From assembly GCA_041178225.1 (NCBI GenBank), contig JBEGVV010000049.1, positions 936 through 64,935 on the forward strand: a stretch of 64,000 nt of DNA. The letters are read 5' to 3'. This stretch comes from Pseudomonadota bacterium (GTDB lineage Bacteria > Pseudomonadota > Alphaproteobacteria > CACIAM-22H2). The notes under the pieces are model-generated. The model was not told the DNA's origin. It was given only the letters and a program-made list of their open reading frames with translations, and did no database searches. The translations under genes were made by a program, and so were the position numbers. Positions 48,102 to 59,433 of the stretch are shown in pieces (the first letter of the stretch is position 1; every line of letters begins with the position of its first letter).

Positions 48102-50195
48102 AGCCTCTCCACGATGATGAGGTCGACGGCCTCGTCGATCTCGCTCTGGGACAGCACGGGCGTCGGCAGGCGTTGCCTGCGAACGAGTTCGGCGATGCCC
48201 GGGCGCAGCTGGTCCGGCACCACGAGGGCCGGCGGCAGCTGCGTGGTCCGCGCGCGCTCGCGCTGGCCGACCGCGTCGATCAGGCGCGCGAGGTCGGTGG
48301 CCGCGCCCGCCGCCAGCGGCGCGCCGTCGGCGCTCCTCGGCACGTAGAGATAGGCCGGCAGGCGCAGGTCGGCCGGGTCGGCGAAGTGCAGGCAGATGGT
48401 CCGGCGGATGCGCCTGCGGACCAGTTCGGCGAGTTCGCCGGGGTCGCGTGCCTTCGGCGCCGCGTCGGCGCAGGCCTCGATGATCTCGGCCAGGTTGCGG
48501 ACCGGGACGCCGTCCTGCAGGAGGGTTCGCAGCACGTTCTGGAGGGCAGGCACGGTCACCGGCGACGGCATCACCGCCTGGACGAGCTTCTGGTTCTCCT
48601 CGCCCATGCCGTCGATCAGGCGCTGGACTGAGGCGAAGCTGAGAAGCTGCGGCAGCTGCCGGCGCACGATCTCGCCCAGATGGGTGACGAGCACGGCCAG
48701 GGCGTCGACCGCCGTCGCGCCGCGTTCCTCGGCCGCCGCTTGCCAGGACGGGTCTATCCAGAGGGCCGGCAGGCCGAAGGCGGGGTCGGTGGCCTCGATC
48801 CCGGCGAACGGGAACTGCGTGCCCCCCGGGTTGAGGACCAGCAGGCGCTCCGGCATCAGGCGGCCGCCCGCGATGCGCTGCTCGCGCAGGAACACCGCAT
48901 ACTCGTCGTCCTCGAGCTGCACGTTGTCCTGCACCCGTATCGACGGCACCACGACGCCGAAGTCGCGCGCGATCTTGCGGCGCATGTTCTTGATCGCGTT
49001 GACGAGGCCAGCGCCATCGTCGCGGCGCAGCATGCCGAGCAGCGCGTAGCCGAGCTCGACGCGCAGCTCGTCGAAGCGCATCTCGTCGGACACCTCGGCG
49101 CTCGCGTCGCCGGGGGCGGTCGCCGGTGCCGCGGCGGCGCCGGGCTCCGAGGATCCGGCAAGCGGCCCGGCCAGGCCGGGCGCGACGCCGCCGTCGGCCG
49201 TGCGCGCGAGCAGCAGGCCCGTGCCGAGCATCAGGATCGCGATCGTCAGGAACAGCAGCGTCGGCATGCCCGGGACGAGGCCCATCAGCACGAGGATCGC
49301 GCCCGAGACGACGAGCACGTCCGGGTAGCGCGCGAACTGGCGCGTGACCACGCTGTCGGTCGTCTCCGTGCCGCTGGTCTTCGTGATGATGAGACCCGTC
49401 GCCGTCGCGATGATGAGCCCGGGGATCTGGGCGACCAGCCCGTCGCCGACCGACAGCGTCGTGTAGGTCTTGAGCGCCTCGCCGAAGGCGAGGCCGCCCT
49501 GCGCGACGCCGACGACGAGCCCGCCGACGATGTTGACCACGATGATGATGATGCCGGCGATCGCGTCGCCCTTCACGAACTTGGAGGCGCCGTCCATCGC
49601 CCCGAAGAACGAGCTCTCGTCCTCGAGGGTGCGGCGCCGGCGCCGCGCCTCCGCCTCGTTGATCAGGCCCGAGGACAGGTCGGCGTCGATCGCCATCTGC
49701 TTGCCCGGCAGCGCGTCGAGGGTGAACCGCGCGCCGACCTCGGCGATGCGCCCCGAGCCCTTGGTGATGACGAGGAAGTTGATCACCATCAGGACGGTGA
49801 AGACGATGGTGCCGATGGCGAGGTTGTCGCCCATCACGAAGTGCCCGAAGGCCTCGATCACGCGTCCCGCGCTGCCGGCGCCATTGTGCCCCTCGGACAG
49901 GATCAGGCGCGTGCTCGCGACGTTCAGCGCGAGGCGGAACGTGGTGACGACGAGAAGGACGGTCGGGAACGAACTGAAGTCCAGCGCGCTGCGCACGAAG
50001 ATCGTCAGCGACAGGATCACCAGCGATCCCGCGAGCGAGAGCGTGAAGAACACGTCGAGCAGCCCGGCCGGCACCGGCAGGATGAGGATCGCCACGACGC
50101 CCAGCACGCCGAGGCTGAGCAGGCTCGGCCCCGCCCGCGCGCGGTCGAGCAGGCCGCCGGCCGCGGCCATCGCGTCGCGGAACGCGACCACGCCG

Positions 50196-50203
<8 letters not shown>
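48098..50203 (-). CDS. flhA: Flagellar type III export gate protein
   Basis: 701 aa. Conserved FlhA motifs: FVMGDNLAIG, VITKGSGRIAEVGARFTLDALPGKQMAIDADL and FGAMDGASKFVKGDAIAG. Confidence 0.95.
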
Positions 50204-51644
<1,441 letters not shown>

Positions 51645-51647
51645 GCC

Positions 51648-51995
51648 TCAGCCGTCTTCGATCTTGAGGACCTCGGTCATCGACACGCTCAGCCGGTCCC
51701 CCTGGACCACGAGTTCGCCCTTGGCGACGCGGCGGTTGTTGACCCAGATCTCGATCGGCTCGCCGACCTTGGCGTCGAGTTCGATGACGGCGCCGCGTCC
51801 CAGCTTCAGGAGATCGTTGACCGAGAGCATGGCCTTGCCGAGCACGGCCATGACCTGGACCGGTATCCTGAAGACCGAGGATTCCGGGGGCATCGGCACG
51901 ACGGTGCCTGCCGGCGCGCCCGCCGCGAGCGCCGAGCCGATCGTCGGTTCCCCGAAGTCCGGGAGGGTGGGCGAGGGTTCCTTGTCGTCGCTCAT
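51648..51995 (-). CDS. fliN: Flagellar motor switch protein FliN
   Basis: ATG at 51995 with a GGAGG Shine-Dalgarno. C-terminal SpoA domain (VQVMAVLGKAMLSVNDLLKLGRGAVIELD...VAKGELVV). Confidence 0.85.
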   Translation of the reverse strand: MSDDKEPSPTLPDFGEPTIGSALAAGAPAGTVVPMPPESSVFRIPVQVMAVLGKAMLSVNDLLKLGRGAVIELDAKVGEPIEIWVNNRRVAKGELVVQGDRLSVSMTEVLKIEDG

Positions 51996-51996
51996 C

Positions 51997-52656
51997 TCAC
52001 TTGACCTCCGTCGCGCCGCGCAGCGCCACCAGCAGCCGGTCGTAGTCGACCACGATCGCCCCGCCGGAAGGTGCCTCGAGGGAGGAACGCAGCTCCCCCG
52101 CGCCGCCGCGCGCCACGACCTCCACGCCCTGCGCCTCGAGGAGGGCGGACAGGCCGCCGCCATCGCCCTGGAGGATCTCGAGCGTCCGCGGCGACAGCAC
52201 GAGCCTGCCGCCGGTCCGGGTGCCTGCGCGCAGCGCCTCGAGGACATGGCTCCTGAACAGGGCCTCGATCGCGTCGCGCGCACCCGGCGCGGCCAGCCGC
52301 TCGGCGAGCGCGACGATCACGCGCTCGCTCTCCCGCGCATGCTCGTCGAGGCGTTCGCGATAGGCATCGCGAAGCCGCGAGAAGGCCTCCTGCATGTCGG
52401 CAAGCGCGGCCGCGAGGCGCGCCGCGGCGGCCTCCCCGGCCTCGCGCGCGCCCTGCGCGACGCCTTCCCGGAAACCGGCCGCGCGTCCCTCCTCCCGCGC
52501 CGCGCGTTCTCGCGCCGCGGACTGAGCGACGGGATCGTCGCCCGGCAGTGGCGGGAGCGCCGATGGGCGCGGCAGGGCAGGCATCGCCGCCCTTGGAAAC
52601 AGGGGCTCGAAAACACCCTGCTGAACGGCCACGAGGCCGGAACCAGCGCTCGCCAT
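51997..52656 (-). CDS. FliH/FlbE-like flagellar assembly protein (tentative)
   Basis: 219 aa. An Ala/Glu/Arg-rich helical N-terminal half (EEGRAAGFREGVAQG) is followed by a C-terminal globular part. It lies immediately upstream of fliN. Confidence 0.5.
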   Translation of the reverse strand: MASAGSGLVAVQQGVFEPLFPRAAMPALPRPSALPPLPGDDPVAQSAARERAAREEGRAAGFREGVAQGAREAGEAAAARLAAALADMQEAFSRLRDAYRERLDEHARESERVIVALAERLAAPGARDAIEALFRSHVLEALRAGTRTGGRLVLSPRTLEILQGDGGGLSALLEAQGVEVVARGGAGELRSSLEAPSGGAIVVDYDRLLVALRGATEVK

Positions 52657-52744
52657 GCACCTTCCCCGAAATTCGCGGGTACTTTGGTTGCAACGGCGCG
52701 CGGCCGGCGCAGGGATTGGTCCGATTCAGGGCGTTCGCGGCAGG

Positions 52745-55075
52745 TCAGCCACCCTTGTTCGCCGCCTGCACGAACTGCTCGATCGAACTGCGGACGGATG
52801 AAAGCCGCCCGAGCGTGCTTTCCATCTTCTGGAAGCGCGCCATGAGCGCCTCGCGCTGCCTGTCGAGGCGCTCGCGCAGGGCGTCGATCCGCGCCTGTCG
52901 CTTCGCGTTGAGGTCGTCGACCTCGGAGATCGCCTGCGCGACGCGCCCGGTCTCGGCGCGCGCGTACTGGTCGGCGAGGAAGAAGAACTGGGTGCCGAGC
53001 CCCGTGCGCACGGAGAAGCCCGACTTGTCGCCGTCGGTCGTCGCGCCGGTGTAGATGAAGGTCAGGCCCTCGATCGACCCGCTCGCGGCGGTATACGCGC
53101 TGCCGGAGCGGGACAGCGCGATCGTGCCGCCGCCGGAGACGGCGAGCGACCCGACGCCCCCGGAGAAGCTCAGCGTGTAGCTCCCCGAGGCATCCTTCGC
53201 CTTGTCGCCGAAGCCGGCGAGCGAGATGTCCGAGCCCCCCGGGACGAAGCGGAACTCGAACAGGCTGCGCACGCGCTCCGGGTCGTTGATGAGCACCTCG
53301 GCGAGCTTGCTCTCATCGACCTGGAGGACGCCCTTGGCGAGCGGATCCGCGCCGTCGGCCGCGAGCCCGATGCCGATGTCCTGCAGGCCCAGCAACCCGT
53401 TCGCGGATGCGACGCTGAAGGTCCGGAGCGTCTCGAGGGTCGCCTTCAGGTCCCTGAGCGCAGCGACCTTCGCCAGCACGCTCTCGGCGCGGAAGGTCCC
53501 GGTCACGGGGTCGACCTGGGACTGCTCGTTCGCGAAGCGGACCGCGTCGTTGTACGCGGCCACGAAGCCCGCCACCTTCTGCGCGATCGCGCCCGTGTCG
53601 GTGCCGACCTCGAGGCGGATGCGCGTCTGCGGCTCGGCCTGCAGCAGCTTGATCGTCAGGCCACTGATGGCGTCGTCGATGACGTTGCCCGGCCGTCGCA
53701 CCACCGCGCCGTCCAGCAGGATGCGCGCCTCCACCGGGCGCTCGATCGTCTCCGTGGCGAAGGTCGCCGAGGTGCCGGCGGCCGGGATCACCTCGATGGA
53801 CAGGAACCGGTTGGGGGCGTCCGTGCTGAAGAGCAGCTGGTGGTCGGTCGCCGAGACGGCGATCTGGCTGGCGACGAGGCCGGATGGGGACGCTCCCTCG
53901 TTGGTCGCGTTGATCCGCGCCCGCAGGTCGGCGAGCGTGTCCCCGACCGCGACCTCCACCTGCGTGGAGAGCGCGGCGCGCCACTGGCTCGTGGCCGTGA
54001 CGACGTTGCCCGCGTCGGAGAGGAGCGATGCAGCCACGCTGAGCACGCCCGCCGCGGACTCGGTCGACGCCGTCGTGCCGGCCAGCGCGTCAATGCGCGC
54101 CTCGAAGGCGGCTGCGATCGACGCCGGCGTCGCGCCGGCACCGGCGGTCACGCGGATGGTCGTGCCGCGCGCGTCGGCGAGGCGCAGCGCGTATTCCTGC
54201 CCTTCCGCGACCACCAGGCCAGAGAAGTCTATGGTCGTCGCGTCGACGAGCTGTCCCCCGATCGTCGCGGTCCCGGTGGATATGGCCGGCCGTCCCGTCG
54301 CGGCCAGCGAGGCGACATCCCAGCTCTGGACCTGGGCCACGCCGGTGGCGGCGGCGACGGTCGAGGTCGGGGCCAGTGTGGCGGTGCCGGCCGTGGCATC
54401 CATCAGCGAGAAGGGCACGGACACCCCGGTGCTGCGCGCGGTGACGACCAGCGCGCCACCCGTCACCTCGGCGGAGAGCTGGCGCGACAGGACCGCGTCG
54501 GCGTTGATGCGCGCGGCGATCTCGGCGGCGACGTCGGCGCCGGCGCTGCGCGCGGTCTCCACGATGGCGGCCGACGAGATCGACACGGTCCCCGAGATCC
54601 CGAGCGCGCCGGACGTGGAGAACTGCGCCTTGCGCACGTGCGCGCGCGCGACCTCCAGGACCTCGACGTCGTGCACGCCCCTCGCCGCGGAGTTCGAGGC
54701 CGTCGCGTTGACGATGTCCGCCGCCTGGGACTGCGCGGACGTCGCCGCCTCGAGGAGCCCCGCAGCGCGCCTCGACGTCGTCGCGGAAAGCGCCTTGCGG
54801 TCGAACACGCTCGACGACTTGTCGTAGGAGACCTTGCCGTAGAGTTCCGCCGTGGCCGCGCCGAGCGCGACGGACCTGGCGCGCAGCTTGTCGAGCGCGG
54901 CGACGCGCGCCTTCCCGGCGTCCATGGCGGCCGTGATCTTGTCGATCTGGAACTGGCGCGCCTTCACGATGTTGTCGACGATCGACTTCGCGTCGATCCC
55001 CGACGTCACGCCCGAGAAGATCGTGCGGCCGTTCGCGTCCGTGCTGACGTTGCTCGTGTTCGTGGTCAGGGGCAC
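52745..55075 (-). CDS. fliD: Flagellar filament cap protein (hook-associated protein 2), long form
   Basis: GTG at 55075 with a GGAG Shine-Dalgarno. The N-terminus FSGVTSGIDAKSIVDNIVKA and the C-terminal coiled region (RIDALRERLDRQREALMARFQKMES) are FliD-like. 776 aa. Confidence 0.8.
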   Translation of the reverse strand: MPLTTNTSNVSTDANGRTIFSGVTSGIDAKSIVDNIVKARQFQIDKITAAMDAGKARVAALDKLRARSVALGAATAELYGKVSYDKSSSVFDRKALSATTSRRAAGLLEAATSAQSQAADIVNATASNSAARGVHDVEVLEVARAHVRKAQFSTSGALGISGTVSISSAAIVETARSAGADVAAEIAARINADAVLSRQLSAEVTGGALVVTARSTGVSVPFSLMDATAGTATLAPTSTVAAATGVAQVQSWDVASLAATGRPAISTGTATIGGQLVDATTIDFSGLVVAEGQEYALRLADARGTTIRVTAGAGATPASIAAAFEARIDALAGTTASTESAAGVLSVAASLLSDAGNVVTATSQWRAALSTQVEVAVGDTLADLRARINATNEGASPSGLVASQIAVSATDHQLLFSTDAPNRFLSIEVIPAAGTSATFATETIERPVEARILLDGAVVRRPGNVIDDAISGLTIKLLQAEPQTRIRLEVGTDTGAIAQKVAGFVAAYNDAVRFANEQSQVDPVTGTFRAESVLAKVAALRDLKATLETLRTFSVASANGLLGLQDIGIGLAADGADPLAKGVLQVDESKLAEVLINDPERVRSLFEFRFVPGGSDISLAGFGDKAKDASGSYTLSFSGGVGSLAVSGGGTIALSRSGSAYTAASGSIEGLTFIYTGATTDGDKSGFSVRTGLGTQFFFLADQYARAETGRVAQAISEVDDLNAKRQARIDALRERLDRQREALMARFQKMESTLGRLSSVRSSIEQFVQAANKGG

Positions 55076-55110
55076 GTCCGCGCTCCGTCAGGTGGTCCCG
55101 CGGCCCCGCC

Positions 55111-57120
55111 TCAGCGCTGGAACAGGCGCAGCAGGTTGTTGGGCATCTCGTTCGCCTGGGCGAGCATCGCGATGCCGGCCTGCAGCAGGATCTGCTTCGA
55201 GGTGAAGTTCGTCATCTCGCGCGCGACGTCGAGGTCGAGCAGGTCCGATCGCGCGGCCTCGGTGTTCTCGATCGAGGTCGCGAGGTTGGTGGAGGCGAAC
55301 TCGAGCCGGTTCTGCGAGGCGCCGACCGCCGCGCGGGTCTGGCTGAGCTTCACGATGGCGTCGGAGATCGCGGCCGAGGCCGCCTTCGCCTGCGCCTCCG
55401 CGGAGATGCTCGTTCCGTTGAGCAGCAGGGACTTGGTCGTGATCGCGTCGACCTCGAAGGTCAGCACGTCGGTGTCGCGCGCGGCCGTGCCGAGCTTGAA
55501 GTTGAAGGTCTTCGTGTCCTTCGTCGTGACCGAGTTCGCGCCGACGAGCTGGGGCAGCGTGGCGACGTCGACGACCCCGTAGTTCAGGCTCTGGCTCGTG
55601 TCCGCCGCCTCGAGGGATTCGAAGCGGATCGTGCAGACGAGGTTCTTGTCCGCCTCGCTCGAGATGCTGAGGTCCCGGAGCTCGGCCGTGTAGACCTGGC
55701 CGTCCCGCTGCAGCGTGCCGAGGATGATCGGCGGGTCGCGCAGCTCCGGCTCGACGGCGCGCACGGCTTCGATCGAGTCGTAGACCACGGTCGTGTCGTG
55801 GCCGATCACCTTGTCGAGGACGCCGGCGTCGTTCATCAGGCGCGCCTTCGCCACGTCCGTCGTCGCCGTGTCGGCGAAGATGTAGAACGCCTTGAGGTCG
55901 CCGTCGGTCCGCATCGCGAGCTTCTGCGGCAGGCGTGCGAAGGCGGGGCCCGCCTTGATCAGGTTGATCGAGCTTCCGCCACCGGTCACCTCGAGGTCGT
56001 GGACCGTCTCCGACGTGCGGTCGGTCGCCGTCGCGCTCGCGGCAAACGCCGTTCCCGCGGCGTCCGCGGTCAGGGTCAGCAGGCCCGGCGTCGACGTGCT
56101 GGCAGCCGTGACAACGGCGCTGGCGTCGGCATTGACGAGCCCGACCAGCGCGTCGCGGATCGTGCTCGAGGTATCGTTGCTGCTGGCGACATGCGTGTAG
56201 GTCGTGCCGTCGACCGTCAGGGCGAAGCTGTCGCCGGCCTGGATGGCGCCGGACACGGTGACGTTGTCGACCTGCGCGACACCAGGGGCGTTCGCCGTGG
56301 CGGCGGCATGGGCGATCGCCTGGTTCGCGTCCGTGGCGGCCACCGTCTTGTCGTAGACGTTCAGCACGACCGATCCGATGGCGTTCGGGAAGCCCGCCGT
56401 GTTCTTGTTGAAGAGCTCGTTCAGCGTGACCGACGCGCCAAGCTGGGAGAACTTCACCACCTCGGGCTTGCCCGGGACGATCGAGCGGTTCGCGAGCACC
56501 ACGGTCTGGCTGACGCCGGAGTCCTGGTTCATCACGGTCAGGCCGCGCGTGACCTGGTTGTAGGAGATGCGGAACACGGAGCTCGCGACGTCCTCCTCGA
56601 AGGTGAAGTCCGCGAAGCCCCGCGTGTCGTCGACGAAGTTGAGGTAGTTGGCGTCGGCCTCGTGCGAGACGCCATTGACCCGCTTCGTCACCTCGACGGT
56701 CCCGTTGACCAGCAGGTTCCCCGCGAACTTCGTCGTGATCGCGATCCGGTCGAGCTCGGCGAGGAGCGACTGGTATTCGTTGTCGAACATCGTGCGTTCG
56801 TTGCGCGAGAACTGGCCGGAGGAGGCCTGCACCGCGAGCATCTTCGCGCGCACCAGGATCTCCGTGACGTTCGCCATCGCGCCATCCGCGATCTGGAGGA
56901 GGCTTCCGGCCTGGCGCGCGTTGACCGTGGCCTGCTCCATCGCCATCACCTCGGCCTTCAGGGCGGAGCCGATGGCCTGGGAGGCGGCGTCGTCCTTCGC
57001 AGACACGACGCGCGAACCCGAGGACAGCTTGTTGAGCGAGCTCGTGGCCGCGGCGTCCGAGTTCTTCAGGTTGCGGTGGGCGATGTTCGCCGCGAAGTTG
57101 GAGATGACGTTCAATGCCAT
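55111..57120 (-). CDS. fliC: Flagellin, long (669 aa) with a large central variable region
   Basis: Conserved N-terminus (LNKLSSGSRVVSAKDDAASQAI...) and C-terminus (GASQNRLEFASTNL...LLQAGIAMLAQANEMPNNLLRLFQR). Shine-Dalgarno GAGGA. Confidence 0.9.
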   Translation of the reverse strand: MALNVISNFAANIAHRNLKNSDAAATSSLNKLSSGSRVVSAKDDAASQAIGSALKAEVMAMEQATVNARQAGSLLQIADGAMANVTEILVRAKMLAVQASSGQFSRNERTMFDNEYQSLLAELDRIAITTKFAGNLLVNGTVEVTKRVNGVSHEADANYLNFVDDTRGFADFTFEEDVASSVFRISYNQVTRGLTVMNQDSGVSQTVVLANRSIVPGKPEVVKFSQLGASVTLNELFNKNTAGFPNAIGSVVLNVYDKTVAATDANQAIAHAAATANAPGVAQVDNVTVSGAIQAGDSFALTVDGTTYTHVASSNDTSSTIRDALVGLVNADASAVVTAASTSTPGLLTLTADAAGTAFAASATATDRTSETVHDLEVTGGGSSINLIKAGPAFARLPQKLAMRTDGDLKAFYIFADTATTDVAKARLMNDAGVLDKVIGHDTTVVYDSIEAVRAVEPELRDPPIILGTLQRDGQVYTAELRDLSISSEADKNLVCTIRFESLEAADTSQSLNYGVVDVATLPQLVGANSVTTKDTKTFNFKLGTAARDTDVLTFEVDAITTKSLLLNGTSISAEAQAKAASAAISDAIVKLSQTRAAVGASQNRLEFASTNLATSIENTEAARSDLLDLDVAREMTNFTSKQILLQAGIAMLAQANEMPNNLLRLFQR

Positions 57121-57168
57121 GTCAGGATCCTCGTCTGTGCTTGCGCGGTTTCAGCGGGCGTCGCGCCG

Positions 57169-58734
57169 TCAGGACTTCAGGCGGCTGAGCTCGCGGAGCA
57201 TCTCGTCCGCGGTGGTGATCGTCTTGACGTTCGCCGCGTAGGCGTTCTGGGTGACGATCATGTCGGTCATCTCGGCGGCGATATCGACCGTCGACGCCTC
57301 CGTCGCGCCCGCGACGATGCCGCCGGCGGAGCCGGTGTTCGCGCGGGAGAGGGTGAACGCGCCGGACGAGACCGTCGCGCGATAGCTGTTCCCGGAGATC
57401 GGGGAGAGCTGGTTCGGCGCGGCGAAGGTCGCGATCGGCACCATGAAGGCGGGGCGCTGGACGCCGTTGGTGAACGTCATGTTCAGGAAGCCGGAGTTGT
57501 CGAGAGCCACGCTCGCCAGCCGTCCAAGTCCCGCGCCGTCGCCGCGGACCTGCGCGATCTCGAACGTCTCGCCAAGCTGCGTCATGCCGGCGAGGTCGAG
57601 CGTGACCTGCGACGGGCTGGCCGTCGTGACCGAGCCATCCCAGGTGATGTCGAGGGTAAGCTCTCCGCTTCCGGACGACGGCTGCCCCGTGCCGTCGAAA
57701 CCGATCGCGAGCGGGAAGCCGGCGCCGACCGTGCCGCTTGGCGCGCCCGACAGCGTCGGGCCGTCGACGTCCACGCTCCAGCCACCCGCTTCCCCGGTCT
57801 TCGTCCAGACGACGTCGAGGCGATGCGCGTTGCCGAGGGAGTCGTAGACGGTCGCCGGCGTGCGGAAGCCGCCATGCGTGAAGAGGTCGACGTCGTCGAT
57901 AGACGCGGAGGCCTCCAGCGTGCCTGCGCGCGAGGGATCGTCGTTCGGGGTCCAGTCGAGCGCGCCGCCCGAGGCGACCTCCAGCCGTTCCATGACGTCG
58001 TCGATGGTCTCGCCGGCGCGCGCGATCACCTCGAAGGTCGCCGTTGTGTCCGCCGCCCCGCCGACCCCGGGCGTCGTGAGCGCGAACGCCCAACGCTCGC
58101 CGATCCTCGGCTGGCGGTCGGCGATGCGCAGCAGCGTGTGCGTGGGATCGTCCGGATCGGCGACCATCGGCCCGGTCAGGCCGTTGAAGACCGCCGCCTC
58201 GCGCGCGGCGGTGGGATCCGCCGGCAGGTTGGCCGTCACGCCGATGTCCCTGGTCGGGCTCGCCGCCGCCGTCACGCCGGAGATGGACACCGGCCGCAGG
58301 TCGCCCTCGGTCGCGCCCGAGATCGTACCGTCGGCGGCGACCGGGAAGCCCATGAGGTACTTGCCGGCGCCATTGCGCAGGAAGCCCATGGGATCGACGT
58401 CGAAGCTGCCGGCCCTTGTGAACTCGATGCTCGGCGAGGCGGGATCGGATCGCACCGCGAAGAAGCCGTTTCCGGAGATCGCGGCATCCGTCGCCCGGTT
58501 GGTCACCTGGATCGTGCCCTGCGCGTCGATCTCGCGCCGTGGCCGCGCGAGCAGCGAGCCCGGCGCGTAGGCCGTCGCCATGGCGCTCTCGACCACGAGG
58601 GACGAGAAGTCCATCTTGGTCGCCTTGTAGCCGGTCGTCCCGATGTTCGAGACGTTGTCCGAGATGGTCTGGAACTTCTTGGACTGTCCCGCCAGACCGG
58701 AGACGCCCGTGCTCATCGCGCTGAAGATCGACAT
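57169..58734 (-). CDS. flgE: Flagellar hook protein
   Basis: N-terminus MSIFSAMSTGVSGLAGQSKKFQTISDNVSNIGTTGYK and C-terminus MIVTQNAYAANVKTITTADEMLRELSRL. Shine-Dalgarno GGAAGGAAG. Confidence 0.9.
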   Translation of the reverse strand: MSIFSAMSTGVSGLAGQSKKFQTISDNVSNIGTTGYKATKMDFSSLVVESAMATAYAPGSLLARPRREIDAQGTIQVTNRATDAAISGNGFFAVRSDPASPSIEFTRAGSFDVDPMGFLRNGAGKYLMGFPVAADGTISGATEGDLRPVSISGVTAAASPTRDIGVTANLPADPTAAREAAVFNGLTGPMVADPDDPTHTLLRIADRQPRIGERWAFALTTPGVGGAADTTATFEVIARAGETIDDVMERLEVASGGALDWTPNDDPSRAGTLEASASIDDVDLFTHGGFRTPATVYDSLGNAHRLDVVWTKTGEAGGWSVDVDGPTLSGAPSGTVGAGFPLAIGFDGTGQPSSGSGELTLDITWDGSVTTASPSQVTLDLAGMTQLGETFEIAQVRGDGAGLGRLASVALDNSGFLNMTFTNGVQRPAFMVPIATFAAPNQLSPISGNSYRATVSSGAFTLSRANTGSAGGIVAGATEASTVDIAAEMTDMIVTQNAYAANVKTITTADEMLRELSRLKS

Positions 58735-58756
58735 CGTTGCGCTTCCTTCCGTCCCG

Positions 58757-59422
58757 TTACCTGATCGCGACCACGTCCTGCAGCGAGACGCTGCCGGTCG
58801 TGGTCCTGAGCTTCACGCCATCCGCCGCCCGCTCGACGCTCGAGACGCGGACATTCGACGTCGTGGCCACCGGCACGTCGATGCCGTTCGCGCCGCGTCC
58901 GACGACCTGGATCCTGTAGCTGCCGTCGGGCATCGGGGCTCCCGACGGGAACCTCGGCGACAGCGACACCGTGCGATGCCCCGCCCCGGCCGGCAGGTCG
59001 CTGCGCGCCAGCACCGCGCCCGACGCGTCGAGCAGCGATGCGCGCAGGCCGCTCATCCCCGCGGGCACGTCCATGTCGAAGGACGAGGCTCCGCCGACCA
59101 CCTCGAGCATCTCCGACCTGACCGACACGGTCTGCCCGGCCAGCGACGCCGCCTGCAGCAGGTTCGTGGATTCCTGGACGGTGACGCCGCGCTCGACGGA
59201 GCGCGACATGTTCATCAGCTGCTCCACCTGGGAGAACTGCACGAGCTGCGCCGTGAATTCCTGCGTGCTCATCGGCGACATCGGGTTCTGGTTGGTCATC
59301 TGCGTCGTCAGCATCTTCAGGAAGGAGTCGAAGTTGCTGCCGACAAGCTTCTGCCCGGAGCTGGCGACCGCGCTGGCCGGGGTCGCGGCCCTTGCGCCGC
59401 CGAGGAGGGAAAGATCAGCCAT
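58757..59422 (-). CDS. flgD: Flagellar hook capping/assembly protein
   Basis: FDSFLKMLTTQMTNQNPMSPMSTQEFTAQLVQFSQVEQ is the FlgD signature. The ATG at 59422 has a GGAGG Shine-Dalgarno 5 nt upstream. The track start at 59437 is less likely. Confidence 0.85.
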   Translation of the reverse strand: MADLSLLGGARAATPASAVASSGQKLVGSNFDSFLKMLTTQMTNQNPMSPMSTQEFTAQLVQFSQVEQLMNMSRSVERGVTVQESTNLLQAASLAGQTVSVRSEMLEVVGGASSFDMDVPAGMSGLRASLLDASGAVLARSDLPAGAGHRTVSLSPRFPSGAPMPDGSYRIQVVGRGANGIDVPVATTSNVRVSSVERAADGVKLRTTTGSVSLQDVVAIR

Positions 59423-59433
59423 GTGCGCCTCCG

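Noticed and set aside
52657-52744. Recognisable promoter (sigma-54, sigma-28 or CtrA box) for the fliH-like/fliN/activator/flhA/flhF/flhG operon
   Set aside because: I found no spacing-correct GG-N10-GC, no TTAA-N7-TTAAC and no TAAA-N15-GCCGATAA. Only a TTGCAA hexamer without a matching -10 element is present. The operon may be read through from fliD or use a promoter I cannot recognise.
55111-57120. Possible flagellinolysin-type protease domain in the long flagellin
   Set aside because: I scanned the central region for HExxH. Only SHEADA, AHAAA and similar non-matching strings occur.
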